Below are positions 51,349-60,723 of a stretch of DNA of 64,000 bases, in pieces. Below the pieces are notes generated by a model, which did no database searches, was not told the DNA's origin, and was given only the letters and a program-made list of their open reading frames with translations. The DNA is from an uncultured Planctomycetota bacterium (GTDB taxonomy: Bacteria > Planctomycetota > Planctomycetia > Gemmatales > Gemmataceae): NCBI GenBank assembly GCA_963849325.1, contig CAWKHF010000004.1, positions 224,001-288,000 of the forward strand, read 5' to 3'. Made by a program: the position numbers and the translations under genes. Position 1 is the stretch's first letter. Each line of letters opens with the position of its first letter.

Positions 51349-53059
51349 TCAGGCGCGCGTCGCTGGTGCATCGAGCACCTGGCGCACCTTGAGGGCGAGA
51401 TCGTTGGGCGTGAAGGGTTTTTGCAGGAACGCCACCTCCGCCTCCAGTACGCCGTGACGGACCACCGCGTCATCGGTGTAGCCCGACAGGTACAGCAGAC
51501 GCAGGTCCGGCCGCAGTCGCGTCAGGCGGTCGGCCAACTCGCGGCCGCCCAGGTGCGGCATGACCACGTCCGTGACCAGCAAGTGGATCGGTGCGTCGTA
51601 GTGGTCGGCGCGGCGTAGCGCTTCCTGGCCATCGCCGGCCTCGATCACGTGATAGCCCTTCATCTCCAGGACGTGACGGGTCAGGGTGCGCACCGCCTCC
51701 TCGTCCTCGACCAGCAGGACCGTCTCGCCGCCGCCCGGCGCCGCGGCCGGCGCCGGCCGCGACAGACGCGGCGGAGTCACCGTCTCGGCGCGCGGCAGGT
51801 AAATCTTGAACGAGGTGCCGCGTCCCGGCTCGCTGTAGACGTAGATGAAACCCTGCGATTGCTTGACGATGCCGTAGACGGTCGCCAGCCCCAGGCCGGT
51901 CCCTTTGCCCACCTCCTTGGTCGTGAAGAACGGCTCGAAGATGCGCTCGCGTGGCCTCGTCCATGCCGCAGCCGGTGTCGGTCAGGGCCAGCAGGACGTA
52001 ACGGCCCGGCCGGACCTCGGGGCGCAGCCGTGCGTACGTCTCATCGAGAGTGACGTTGGCCGTCTCAACGGTCAGCCGGCCGCCGCGCGGCATGGCGTCG
52101 CGCGCGTTGACGGCCAGGTTCATCAGCACCTGTTCGACCTGGCCGGGATCGGCGCGGACGCGCCCCAGGTTCGTTCCCAGGACGGTGGCAATCGTGATGT
52201 CTTCGCCCAGGAGACGACGCAGCATCTTCTCGACGCCGACGACGACGGCGTTGAGGTCGAGGATCTCGGGCGCCAGCACTTGTTGGCGGCTGAAGGCCAG
52301 GAGCTGGCGCGTCAACGCCGCCGCTCGCTGCCCGGCCTGGCGCACCTCTTCCAGCAGAGATCTCATGCGGTCCTCGGGCGGGAGGGCGGCCAGCAGCGCG
52401 TCACTGTAGCCAAGGATGACCGTCAGCAGATTGTTGAAATCGTGGGCCACGCCGCCGGCGAGTCGGCCGACCGCCTCCATCTTCTGGGCCTGCAAAAACT
52501 GCGCTTCCAGCCGACGACGCGAGCTGACGTCATGGAAGACCAGCACGGCGCCGCGCAGACTGCCGCGGTCGTCGCGGATGGGGGCGGCCGTGTCCTCGAT
52601 GGGACGCTCCGTGCCGTCGCGGGCGATCAGGGCCGTGTGGTTGGCCAGGCTCACGACGACGCCCTCGCGCAAGGTCCGGAACACCGGGTTCTCGACAGGC
52701 TGCCGCGTCCTTTCGTGGACGATGGGAAACACTTCCGGCAACGGCCGGCCGAGCGCCTCATGATCGAACCCCGTCAGCGTCCGGGCGACATCGTTGAGGA
52801 AGGTGACGCGCCCCTCGCGGTCGGTGACGATGACGCCGTCGCCGATGCTGGCCAGCGTGACGCGGAAGCGCTCGCGCTCGGCCCAGAAGGCATCGGCGGC
52901 GCGCTGTCGCTGCCGCAGGTCGCGGCGGACGAGCCAGAAGATCACGCCGAGCAAGGCCGCCGCGCCCGCCAACCGGCTGGCGGCGTCGTACACGACCACG
53001 ACGCCGACCAGGAGCACGGCCAGGGCGAGGGCGAAACCAACCAGGGTGCGATTGCTCAT
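51349..53059 (-). CDS. PAS hybrid sensor histidine kinase/receiver (CckA-like); frameshifts near 51945 and 51910
   Basis: [47 protein letters not shown]. Confidence 0.93.
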
Positions 53060-53265
53060 GATCTCCTATTCGGCCCAAGGCCGCGACTCACGGGGCATTC
53101 CATACCCTCGCCCTTTCGTCTTACCCTCACACGGTTCCCGAGCGCGGAGACGGAGTATCTGACTCGACACCACTCCTTCCATCGCCATCGGCGGGCGGAA
53201 GGAGACAAGAATATGAATTTTTGTTGAGCGGCCCACTGACCGCCACCGTCGGAGCGGCCGTTGAT

Positions 53266-53293
53266 TTGACAACCTCCGAGGGCAATCTATATT
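53266..53293 (+). promoter_or_regulatory. sigma70-type promoter
   Basis: TTGACA-16 bp-TATATT in a GC-rich context. Confidence 0.6.
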
Positions 53294-53298
53294 TGCAG

Positions 53299-53425
53299 AG
53301 TCCGGAGGGGTGGAACAACCCTTGCGGACGTTACCTTCGGAACGTACGCCTTTGGGGAGAGGCGTTGTTCATGGGCGAAGGAGGGTAGCTCGGAGCTACA
53401 GGGGATCCTCCTTCGCCTTCTTTCT
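53299..53425 (+). ncRNA. candidate GGA-rich structured sRNA or attenuated leader
   Basis: Serial hairpins with 8 GGA triplets, ending in the stem GGCGAAGGAGG/CCTCCTTCGCC plus TTCTTT. Confidence 0.4.
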
Positions 53426-53524
53426 CCCTTCTCTCGCAACAGCTTCCCGCCGACTTGCCCCGCCCCGCGCGGAACCGCTATCATCACTTCGGTGGTTTCT
53501 CCGGCCCCCTCGGGAGTCCCTCAC

Positions 53525-54307
53525 GTGGCACGCATTCTCCCTGCTCTGGCTGTCCTGCTGCTCGGCGCCGCCGAAGTGTCCGCCCAGGACAAAAAGGTCG
53601 TCCTCCGCTGGCACGGCCAATCGTTCTTCGAGATCATCTCGACCAAGGGCACTCACGTTGTCACCGACCCGCACGCCATCGAGGCGTATGGCCGGCCAAT
53701 GGTCAAGGCCGACCTCATCCTCATGTCGCACTTTCACGACGATCACACGCGCCTCGACGCCATCACCGACGTCAAGAAGGCCAAGCAGATCCAGGCCCTC
53801 AAGAAGGCTTCCGGCGAACGCGGCGACGACTGGAACGTGATGGACGAGAAGTTCAAGGACATCCACATCCAGACGATGGGCACCTATCACGACGACATGG
53901 CGGGCACGCAACGCGGCAAGAACGGCGTGTTCATCCTCGACGTGGATGGTCTGCGCATCGTCCACCTCGGCGACCTGGGCCACCTACTCAATCGCGCTCA
54001 GCTCAAGAAGCTCGGCAAGGTGGACGTGCTGATGATCCCGGTCGGCGGCGTGTACACGCTCAACGGTCTGGATGCGCAGAAGGTCGTGGCCCAGATCAAG
54101 CCGACGCGCTACATCCTGCCCATGCACTACGGCACCGCCGTGTACAACGATTTGCTGGGACTGGAGTATTTCCTCGACGAGCAAAAGATGGGAACGGTCC
54201 TCCGGTCGCTGCGCACCAACGAACTGGACATCGACCCCAAAGCCGAACCACCGAAGGAGCCGATCATCGCCATCCTGGGCTGGGAGAAGAAAGGCAAAAA
54301 AGAGTAA
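53525..54307 (+). CDS. exported MBL-fold metallo-hydrolase (Lactamase_B_3-like)
   Basis: WHGQSFF, TDP, SHFHDDH, HLGDLG, IPVGG, PMHYGT. Confidence 0.9.
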   Translation: MARILPALAVLLLGAAEVSAQDKKVVLRWHGQSFFEIISTKGTHVVTDPHAIEAYGRPMVKADLILMSHFHDDHTRLDAITDVKKAKQIQALKKASGERGDDWNVMDEKFKDIHIQTMGTYHDDMAGTQRGKNGVFILDVDGLRIVHLGDLGHLLNRAQLKKLGKVDVLMIPVGGVYTLNGLDAQKVVAQIKPTRYILPMHYGTAVYNDLLGLEYFLDEQKMGTVLRSLRTNELDIDPKAEPPKEPIIAILGWEKKGKKE

Positions 54308-54553
54308 AACCACGAATCACACGAATAACACGAATAAAAGACAAAAGACATCAATCATTAATAAATAAGGGTGCCGGCGAGCATACCGGCTCCCTTATTT
54401 GTCTTCTCTTTTATTCGTGTTATTCGTGTGATTCGTGGGGCTTGCTCCTTTATTCCTGAAACTGGCAAGATAGCAAAATTGGGAAGCTGCCTGGCTTCAC
54501 CACATTGCCATTTCGGGGAATAAAGGAGCAAAGCCGATTCGTGGTTTTACTCT
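54301..54553. repeat. tandem-repeat-armed inverted repeat (ACACGAATA units) interrupted by a MITE
   Basis: AGAGTAAAACCACGAATCACACGAATAACACGAATAAAAGA pairs with TCTTTTATTCGTGTTATTCGTGTGATTCGTGG and, past the insert, with GATTCGTGGTTTTACTCT. Confidence 0.85.
54439..54535. mobile_element. 97-bp MITE with about 30-bp imperfect TIRs and a 9-bp target duplication
   Basis: GGCTTGCTCCTTTATTCC...GGAATAAAGGAGCAAAGCC flanked by GATTCGTGG at 54430-54438 and 54536-54544. Confidence 0.75.
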
Positions 54554-54555
54554 CT

Positions 54556-55231
54556 TCACCGACGCAAGTTGCCGCGGATGACCTCGGTGGCGAAGCTGGC
54601 GCTGTGGCGCACTTCGGGGTTGTCGTCGGCCTGGGCGGCATATTGCAAGGCGCTCAGCGCCGAGGGCGAGGCGATCAGGCCCAGTCCGCGAGCGGCGGCC
54701 TCGCGCACTTTCGGGCTGCCGTCGCTGTTGAGGGCCTTCACCATCGGGCCGACCGCGCGGATCCTGCAGCCGGCCCAGCCGTATGAGCGCGTCGGCGCGA
54801 GCCGGTTCGTCGCCCGTCTGCACCTGCTGCAAGGCCGCGTCGAACTCACCCGGGCGATTGGTCGCCATCGCCGGCATGACGTCGGGCGTCGGCGTCGAGG
54901 CGGCGACGGTCGGGGCGGGCATCGGCAAGGGAGCGGGCGTCTGCGCCGGCGGCGCATACGCCGGCTGGACGACGACGGGCTGCTGCTGGACGACGACGGG
55001 CTGTTGGACGACGGCCGGCGCCGCTCCCACGATCAGCGGCGGCGGTGCCACGTAGATCCCGCCATAGGGACGATACCAGCCGCCATAGCCGTAGCCGTAA
55101 TACGGTCGATAGTAGGGACGATAGTAGGGTCCGGGAACGCCGACGCCCACGAAGACGCCGGCCTGGCCGACGCTCCACGGACAGCACGCCACGACCAGGG
55201 CGGCGAACCCCAAGCGACGCAACACCGACAT
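54556..55231 (-). CDS. exported Tyr/Pro-rich protein with C-terminal HEAT repeats; frameshift near 54755
   Basis: Signal peptide, YYRPYYRPYYGYG, VVVQQP, then VREAAARGLG and VRHSASFA. Confidence 0.75.
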
Positions 55232-55551
55232 GGCCGCCTCCTCTCCGTTGCCCCGGTAGGTTCGAATTCCTCCGTTTCCGCCCCCCGAGGTGCGAGGCGG
55301 AACCGAGAGCGCTGGGGATGTAGCCGATCCGGCTGTCGAGTGTCAATGGTCCTTTCGGACCATCCCCTTATCTGGCCTATCGGCGGAAACCGGCACGGAA
55401 CTCGCGTCGATTTCGCGGCGGGCGCGGCGACTTGCCTTGACACGCCTCGCCGAACCGTTATAGTCCCGTCCTTCCACCTGGAACCCGAGAACATTATCTC
55501 TATGGGGCGGCGCCGTGCGGCGCCGCGCCGATTTCGAGAGAGACGCACGCC

Positions 55552-55923
55552 ATGCCGGACAGCGCAACAACGGTGGCCGCACTCCGCGAGGCGATGGCTC
55601 GCTTCGTGGCCGAGCGCGATTGGGAGCAGTTCCACAGCCCCAAGAACCTGGCCATGGCCCTGGCCGCGGAAGCGGCCGAGTTGATGGAACATTTTCTGTG
55701 GATCGACAACGAGACCTCACGGGCCGTCGCCCGAGACCCGGCCCGGCGCGGGGCGATCGCCGACGAAATCGCCGACGTGGCCGGCGTGGTCTTCGCCCTG
55801 TGCAACGCCCTGGGCATCGATCTCAGCGACGCCATTGCGTCCAAGATGTCTCGCAACGTCCTCAAGTATCCGGTCGAGAAGTGTCGGGGACGTTACCGGG
55901 TCGAAGAGGAAGAAGACGGCTGA
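55552..55923 (+). CDS. MazG-like nucleotide pyrophosphohydrolase (dCTPase-like)
   Basis: ERDWEQFHSPKNLAMALAAEAAELMEHF, DEIADV, KYP. Confidence 0.92.
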   Translation: MPDSATTVAALREAMARFVAERDWEQFHSPKNLAMALAAEAAELMEHFLWIDNETSRAVARDPARRGAIADEIADVAGVVFALCNALGIDLSDAIASKMSRNVLKYPVEKCRGRYRVEEEEDG

Positions 55924-55941
55924 CAGGAGAGGAGGAGCTTC

Positions 55942-56856
55942 ATGGATGGTCGGCTCCGCTCTGGCATTTGCTCGCAGGCGCAGCTGGAATCGACGGCGTT
56001 CCGCGGCTGGGCTGAGAAGTTCGGCGCGCCGTGGGACCGGGTGACGGGCGGCCTACGGCCGCGCTTTCACCGCAAACTGTGGGAGTGGTGTTACATCGCC
56101 CAGGCGCTGCGGGAACGCGACATGCTGCGGCCGGGACGGCGCGGGCTGGGCTTCGGCGTCGGCCGCGAGCCGTTGGCGGCGCTGTTTGCCTCGTTCGGCT
56201 GCGACATCGTCGCCACGGACCTGGCCGAGGACCAGGCCCGGCAGATCGGCTGGATCGACAGTCAGCAGCACGCCGCCGGCCTGGCCGCCCTCAACGAAGA
56301 CCGCCTGTGTTCGCCGGAGGCGTTCGCTCGCCGGGTGACGTTCCGCTTCGTGGACATGAACGCCATCCCCGACGACCTGCGCGGCTTCGATTTCGTCTGG
56401 TCGGCCTGTTCGCTGGAGCACCTCGGCTCGATCGAGAATGGCGCTCGCTTCCTGTGTCAGTCCATGAATTGCCTTCGGCCCGGCGGCGTCGGCGTCCACA
56501 GCACGGAATTCAACCTCTCGTCCGACGAGAGTACGCTGGACCATTCGCCGACGGTACTGTTCCGGCGGCGCGACGTGGAAACGATCGTCGGTCGGCTGAA
56601 TGCCGACGGCCATGCTCTCGCCCTGGATTTCACGCCCGGCGACGGCTTCGCCGATCGGTTCGTGGACGTACCGCCCTACCGGCACGATCCGCACCTGCGT
56701 CTGCGCGTGCTGGAGTACGTGACGACTTCAATTGGCCTGATAGTCGAAGCCGGCCGCCCGAGTTGGACGGCCCGCTGTCTGCGTCTGCTGCGCCGGGCGC
56801 CTCTGACGCGCCGGGTGGGCCGGTTGGTGAAGAGGACACTGCGGAGAGCATCGTAG
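55942..56856 (+). CDS. class I SAM-dependent methyltransferase
   Basis: HRKLWEW, GLGFGVGREP, ATDL, VDMNAIP, FDFVWSACSLEHLG, LRPGG. Confidence 0.85.
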   Translation: MDGRLRSGICSQAQLESTAFRGWAEKFGAPWDRVTGGLRPRFHRKLWEWCYIAQALRERDMLRPGRRGLGFGVGREPLAALFASFGCDIVATDLAEDQARQIGWIDSQQHAAGLAALNEDRLCSPEAFARRVTFRFVDMNAIPDDLRGFDFVWSACSLEHLGSIENGARFLCQSMNCLRPGGVGVHSTEFNLSSDESTLDHSPTVLFRRRDVETIVGRLNADGHALALDFTPGDGFADRFVDVPPYRHDPHLRLRVLEYVTTSIGLIVEAGRPSWTARCLRLLRRAPLTRRVGRLVKRTLRRAS

Positions 56857-56867
56857 TCTGTTCCAAG

Positions 56868-56917
56868 AGCCGCTTGCGGCTTAGCGGACAGTGACAGACG
56901 CCAAGCCGCAAGCGGCT
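56868..56917. repeat. REP-like palindrome type E
   Basis: AGCCGCTTGCGGCTTAGCG...CGCCAAGCCGCAAGCGGCT. Confidence 0.8.
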
Positions 56918-56939
56918 TGGAGAATTAAGGGAGTGAGTC

Positions 56940-58781
56940 GTGGCTCACCGCCGCCTTACTGAGACTGTACTGCTGGGCGCGAGCCTGCTGCTCGGGATCG
57001 GGCAGTCGCACGGAGACGTGCCGGAGGGGCGAGAGGTGATCGCCACCTCCGTGCCCGTGGCGCCGACGACGCCGCCCGCGCCGTTCCCGCTGAGTCAGCC
57101 GCCGACGGCAACTACCGCACGGCCCGCGCCTGCGCCGATGGCGCCGGGGATGATCCAGCAAGCAGCGTTCGTGGATGCACCGCCGCGTCCGCCGGCCGGT
57201 CCACGCATGCCGGAGAACGGACTAATCCCCCAGGCAGCGCCCGCACCGGCATCCGCCGCATCCGCCCCTTCGCCGGAGCGCCCGTCCTCGAACGGGCTGA
57301 TGAGCGGGACGGTGGCGCCGCCCAGCGCCCCGGCGAGTGGACTGCCCAGCGCGACGGCCACGCTGGTGTCCGTGGAAGTGATTGGGCCGAGCCAGGTAGC
57401 GCAAGGGCAGCCGTTGCCTCACGAAATCGTCGTACGCAACACGGGAGCGCGAGCGGTCACCGACGTCCACGTCGAGGAACCGCTGCCGTCCGGCGTCCGC
57501 GTGCTGCACGCCGAACCGGCGGGGCAGACGCATGGCGATCGCTTGACCTGGGACCTCGGCGCCCTGGAAGGCGGAGCGGAACAGCGTCTGAAAGTCGAGG
57601 TCCAGCCGGCGGCGGCCGGCGAGCTGCACCTGCAGCCTGTCGTCACCTTCCGGCTCGGCAGCGGTTTGCGAACGCAGGTGGTCCGCCCGGCGTTCGCCGT
57701 CGAAATGACGGCGAAACCCGAGCAGACGCGGCGCGGCGGTCCCATCACCTTCACGATTCGACTGACCAACCACGGCGATACGCTGATCCGCGCCATCAAG
57801 CTGTACGACCAGCTGCCGGCGGGACTGCGCCATCCCAAGGGCGAGCGCATCGGCGTCAACCATTTCGGCGACCTGCAGCCCGGCGAGACGCGCAGTCTCA
57901 CGCTGGAGACGACGGCGGTCGGCTCCGGCCGGCTCCGCAACGAGGTCGTCGCCGAGGCGGACGGCGGCATTGAGGCCCGCGCCGCCATCGAAGTGACGGT
58001 GACGGAGCCGGCCCTGGCGCTTCGCGTGGACGGAGCCAAGAAAGGCCTCACGCAGCGCGACCTGGATTTTCATCTGGAGGTGGCCAATCCGGGACCGGCG
58101 CCAGCCACGAAGGTGCGTCTGATCCAGGCGCTGCCGCCCAGCTTCGAGGTCGTCGGCGCCAGTACCGGGGCTGGTCTGGACGAAGCCCAGCACGCGCTGG
58201 TATGGACGCTGGGCGATTTGGCCGCCGGGCAGCGACAGACGGTCACGTTCCGGGTCAAGGCACGCACGGCCGGCGATTGGCCGCTGTACACTGCGGTCCT
58301 GGCCGACAACGTCCCCGAGACGCGCGCCGCCAACGTGCTGCACGTCGAGGGCGCCTCGGCACTGACCCTGGAGGTGCGTGCCCGCGAGGACCGGCTTGCC
58401 GTCGGTGAGGAGACCGTCTACGAGATGCACGTGTTCAACCAGGGCGACGCGCCCTCCGCCGGTCTGCGGCTGACGGCCTTTCTGCCCGACGAGGTCACGC
58501 CGCTGGACACACAAGGGCCAACGTCCGGCCAGGTACGGCAGCAGCAAGTGCAGTTTCTGCCGGTCGGCCAGTTGCCGCCGCGCGGCGACGCGGTTTACCT
58601 CATCCACGTCCGCGGTCAACGGCCCGGCAAGGGACAGGTCCGCGTCGAGCTGACCGCGGAGCACGAGCAGCCGGTCGAGAGCGAGATGAGCGTGCAGATC
58701 CGCGGCGATTCGCCGGCGTCCGCCACAGGGACGATTCCGGCCAGCCACACGAAACCGATAGCAGGCGAAGAGTTGCGATGA
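56940..58781 (+). CDS. exported DUF11-repeat protein with Pro-rich linker
   Basis: Repeated IVVRNTG/IRLTNHG/VANPG/VFNQG ... WDLGAL/WTLGDL Ig-like units. Confidence 0.8.
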   Translation: MAHRRLTETVLLGASLLLGIGQSHGDVPEGREVIATSVPVAPTTPPAPFPLSQPPTATTARPAPAPMAPGMIQQAAFVDAPPRPPAGPRMPENGLIPQAAPAPASAASAPSPERPSSNGLMSGTVAPPSAPASGLPSATATLVSVEVIGPSQVAQGQPLPHEIVVRNTGARAVTDVHVEEPLPSGVRVLHAEPAGQTHGDRLTWDLGALEGGAEQRLKVEVQPAAAGELHLQPVVTFRLGSGLRTQVVRPAFAVEMTAKPEQTRRGGPITFTIRLTNHGDTLIRAIKLYDQLPAGLRHPKGERIGVNHFGDLQPGETRSLTLETTAVGSGRLRNEVVAEADGGIEARAAIEVTVTEPALALRVDGAKKGLTQRDLDFHLEVANPGPAPATKVRLIQALPPSFEVVGASTGAGLDEAQHALVWTLGDLAAGQRQTVTFRVKARTAGDWPLYTAVLADNVPETRAANVLHVEGASALTLEVRAREDRLAVGEETVYEMHVFNQGDAPSAGLRLTAFLPDEVTPLDTQGPTSGQVRQQQVQFLPVGQLPPRGDAVYLIHVRGQRPGKGQVRVELTAEHEQPVESEMSVQIRGDSPASATGTIPASHTKPIAGEELR

Positions 58782-58854
58782 GCCGGCGCGAAGATAGTAA
58801 ACTTTCGGAAAATATTTGGTTGCCAAACGAGCGCGGGGCGGGTATGGTAAGCCT

Positions 58855-58949
58855 CTCCTTTCAACGACGCATCGCCCTCTCCGCTGGCCGGAGAGATCGA
58901 AAGACGCCAGGACGGTCGTTTGCAAGGGGGGATGGATTCCCCCGTTTTT
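58855..58949 (+). ncRNA. candidate ~95-nt sRNA bounded by promoter and terminator
   Basis: TTGCCA(58820)-17 bp-TATGGT(58843); outer stem AACGAC/GTCGTT; terminator GGGGGA-TGGAT-TCCCCC-GTTTTT. Confidence 0.45.
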
Positions 58950-58984
58950 CCAAGCTCTCAACTATCGATAGCGATTTCCTCACC

Positions 58985-59034
58985 AGCCCGGAGCGCCAGC
59001 GATGGGTCTTCACCCGTCGCTGGCGCTCCGGGCT
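58985..59034. repeat. REP-like palindrome type C variant
   Basis: AGCCCGGAGCGCCAGCGATGGG...CCCGTCGCTGGCGCTCCGGGCT. Confidence 0.8.
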
Positions 59035-59280
59035 TGCCGAGAGAGAGACCCGTGTAGTGCAGAGAGCTTTGTCTTGACCTTGAGCCGAAATGAGGGCGTT
59101 GTTAAGATTCGGCCGCGTTGGGGATGACGGGACACGGCCCATCCGCCGTCACGGCGGCATTCCACGGCCCTTCTGCAACGCTACTGCCGGTCCATTCGGA
59201 ACGTGAACCGCAGGAATCACGGGGCGGCGCGCCCACGGAGGGGGCGCCGTGCGCGTGGAGGGGGAGGAGAGGAGATGGCG

Positions 59281-59814
59281 ATGAGTACCAACCGCACGGA
59301 AAAGGAACAGCTCCGTGTCCATATCCGCTGGATGATCCGACGGGACATGCCGGAGGTCTTGCAGACGGAGCAGGAGAGCTTTGAATATTCCTGGACCGAG
59401 GAGGATTTCTTGCGCTGTCTGCGCCAGCGCAACTGCATCGGCATGGTGGCCGAGCAGGGCGAGAAGGTCGTCGGCTTCATGATCTACGAGCTGCACAAGA
59501 ACAAGCTGCACATCCTCAATTTCGCCGTACACCCTGGCTTCCGCCGCCTCGGCATCGGCGCGCAGATGGTGGCCAAGCTCATCAGCAAGCTGTCCAGCCA
59601 CCGCCGCACGCGCATCACCCTGGAGGTGCGCGAGACGAACTTGCCGGCGCAGCTGTTCTTTCGCCAGCAAGCCTTTCGGGCGCTGCGCGTGCTGCGGGCC
59701 TTCTACGAGGACAGCGGCGAAGACGCCTACCTGCTGCAATACCGCCTCGCCGATGACACCAGCGAGGACATCGAGGAAACCGTCAATCGCATCGCTCAGT
59801 ACGAGGAGAGCTAA
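59281..59814 (+). CDS. rimI: ribosomal-protein-alanine N-acetyltransferase
   Basis: IRWMIRRDMPEVL, LHILNFAVHP, LEVRETNLPAQLFF, EDAY. Confidence 0.9.
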   Translation: MSTNRTEKEQLRVHIRWMIRRDMPEVLQTEQESFEYSWTEEDFLRCLRQRNCIGMVAEQGEKVVGFMIYELHKNKLHILNFAVHPGFRRLGIGAQMVAKLISKLSSHRRTRITLEVRETNLPAQLFFRQQAFRALRVLRAFYEDSGEDAYLLQYRLADDTSEDIEETVNRIAQYEES

Positions 59815-59829
59815 CAAACCGAAACGAAG

Positions 59830-59886
59830 ATCCGAGCCTGAAGCGTAAGCGAAGAGAATCTCTTCGCTTACGCTTCAGGCTCGGAT
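59830..59886. repeat. REP-like palindrome type B
   Basis: ATCCGAGCCTGAAGCGTAAGCGAAGAGA-A-TCTCTTCGCTTACGCTTCAGGCTCGGAT. Confidence 0.9.
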
Positions 59887-60068
59887 ACGCTTGCGTGTTG
59901 GTCATCTCGGACGACTTTTCCGTTTATGCCGGTTGAGCGAGGCGAGGGCGGAGAGGTTATGCCGCATTTGCCTTGATTGCCGGTCCTTCCTTCTTTAAGC
60001 TCACTATCAGTCCTGGCCCCGCGCGCTGGGATGGGATCTCCGTTCCTCAACATCGAGGAGGCACCACG

Positions 60069-60621
60069 ATGCGTACCTGGATGAGGCTCGCTCTGGCTGT
60101 ATTGCTGGCCGCGCCCTTGGCGACGGCCCCGCTTCGCGCCGCCGACCCGGAAACCACCGCGTCGAAGGTCGATCAGCTGCGGAAGGACGTTGACGCCCTC
60201 CGCAAAGACGTGGACAAACTTCAGAAGGATGTGCTCGACAGCAGTGCGCGAGGCGCTGAAGGTCGCGGAGGATCTGCGGGAGATCATCAAACGTCTCGAT
60301 GAGATCGCCCGCAAGCAGGATCAGATCACTCGCCCATCCGGCTATGGACCGCCGTCCGGCGACATCGGCAACGGAGGCGCTCCTGCCGGCACCGGCACGA
60401 TCACGGTGCAGAACCAGTATCCGGCGACGGCCACCGTCCGCATCAATGGCCAGTCCTTCATCGTCGAACCCTATCGCACCCGAGTGATTGGCGGCGTGCC
60501 GCTGGGAACGTACAACTACGAGGTCGAGGTCGAAGGCTATGGTCTGGTCCAACCCCTGCAAACGGAGACGTTGCGGTCGGTGGGACGACGGATCACGATC
60601 TTTCAGCGCATCGGCGGCTGA
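60069..60621 (+). CDS. exported coiled-coil plus beta-sandwich hypothetical protein; frameshift near 60250
   Basis: Signal peptide MRTWMRLALAVLLAAP, heptads, GTITVQN...VRING...GTYNYEV. Confidence 0.65.
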
Positions 60622-60641
60622 GGCCGGCCGGATGCGAGCGC

Positions 60642-60706
60642 GGCGAACGGCCGGCGTAAGCCGGCTGGTGCGAACTCCACCAGCCGGCTTACGCCGGCCG
60701 TTCGCC
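60642..60706. repeat. REP-like palindrome type D
   Basis: GGCGAACGGCCGGCGTAAGCCGGCTGGTG...CACCAGCCGGCTTACGCCGGCCGTTCGCC. Confidence 0.85.
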
Positions 60707-60723
60707 TACTCGGTGGGACGGCG

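Noticed and set aside
51256..51350. GGGGTATC direct repeat around a REP, as a target duplication
   Set aside because: The second copy is 16 bp beyond the palindrome end, and no other REP copy shows a duplication.
55253..55284. GGTTCGAATTCCTCCGTTTCCGCC resembles a tRNA T-arm and 3' end (possible att site)
   Set aside because: No D-arm or anticodon arm, no acceptor pairing, no CCA, imperfect T-stem and no integrase nearby.
55552..55923. MazG-like gene as an anti-phage nucleotide-depletion system
   Set aside because: Typical housekeeping dCTPase-like sequence with normal GC and no defence neighbours.
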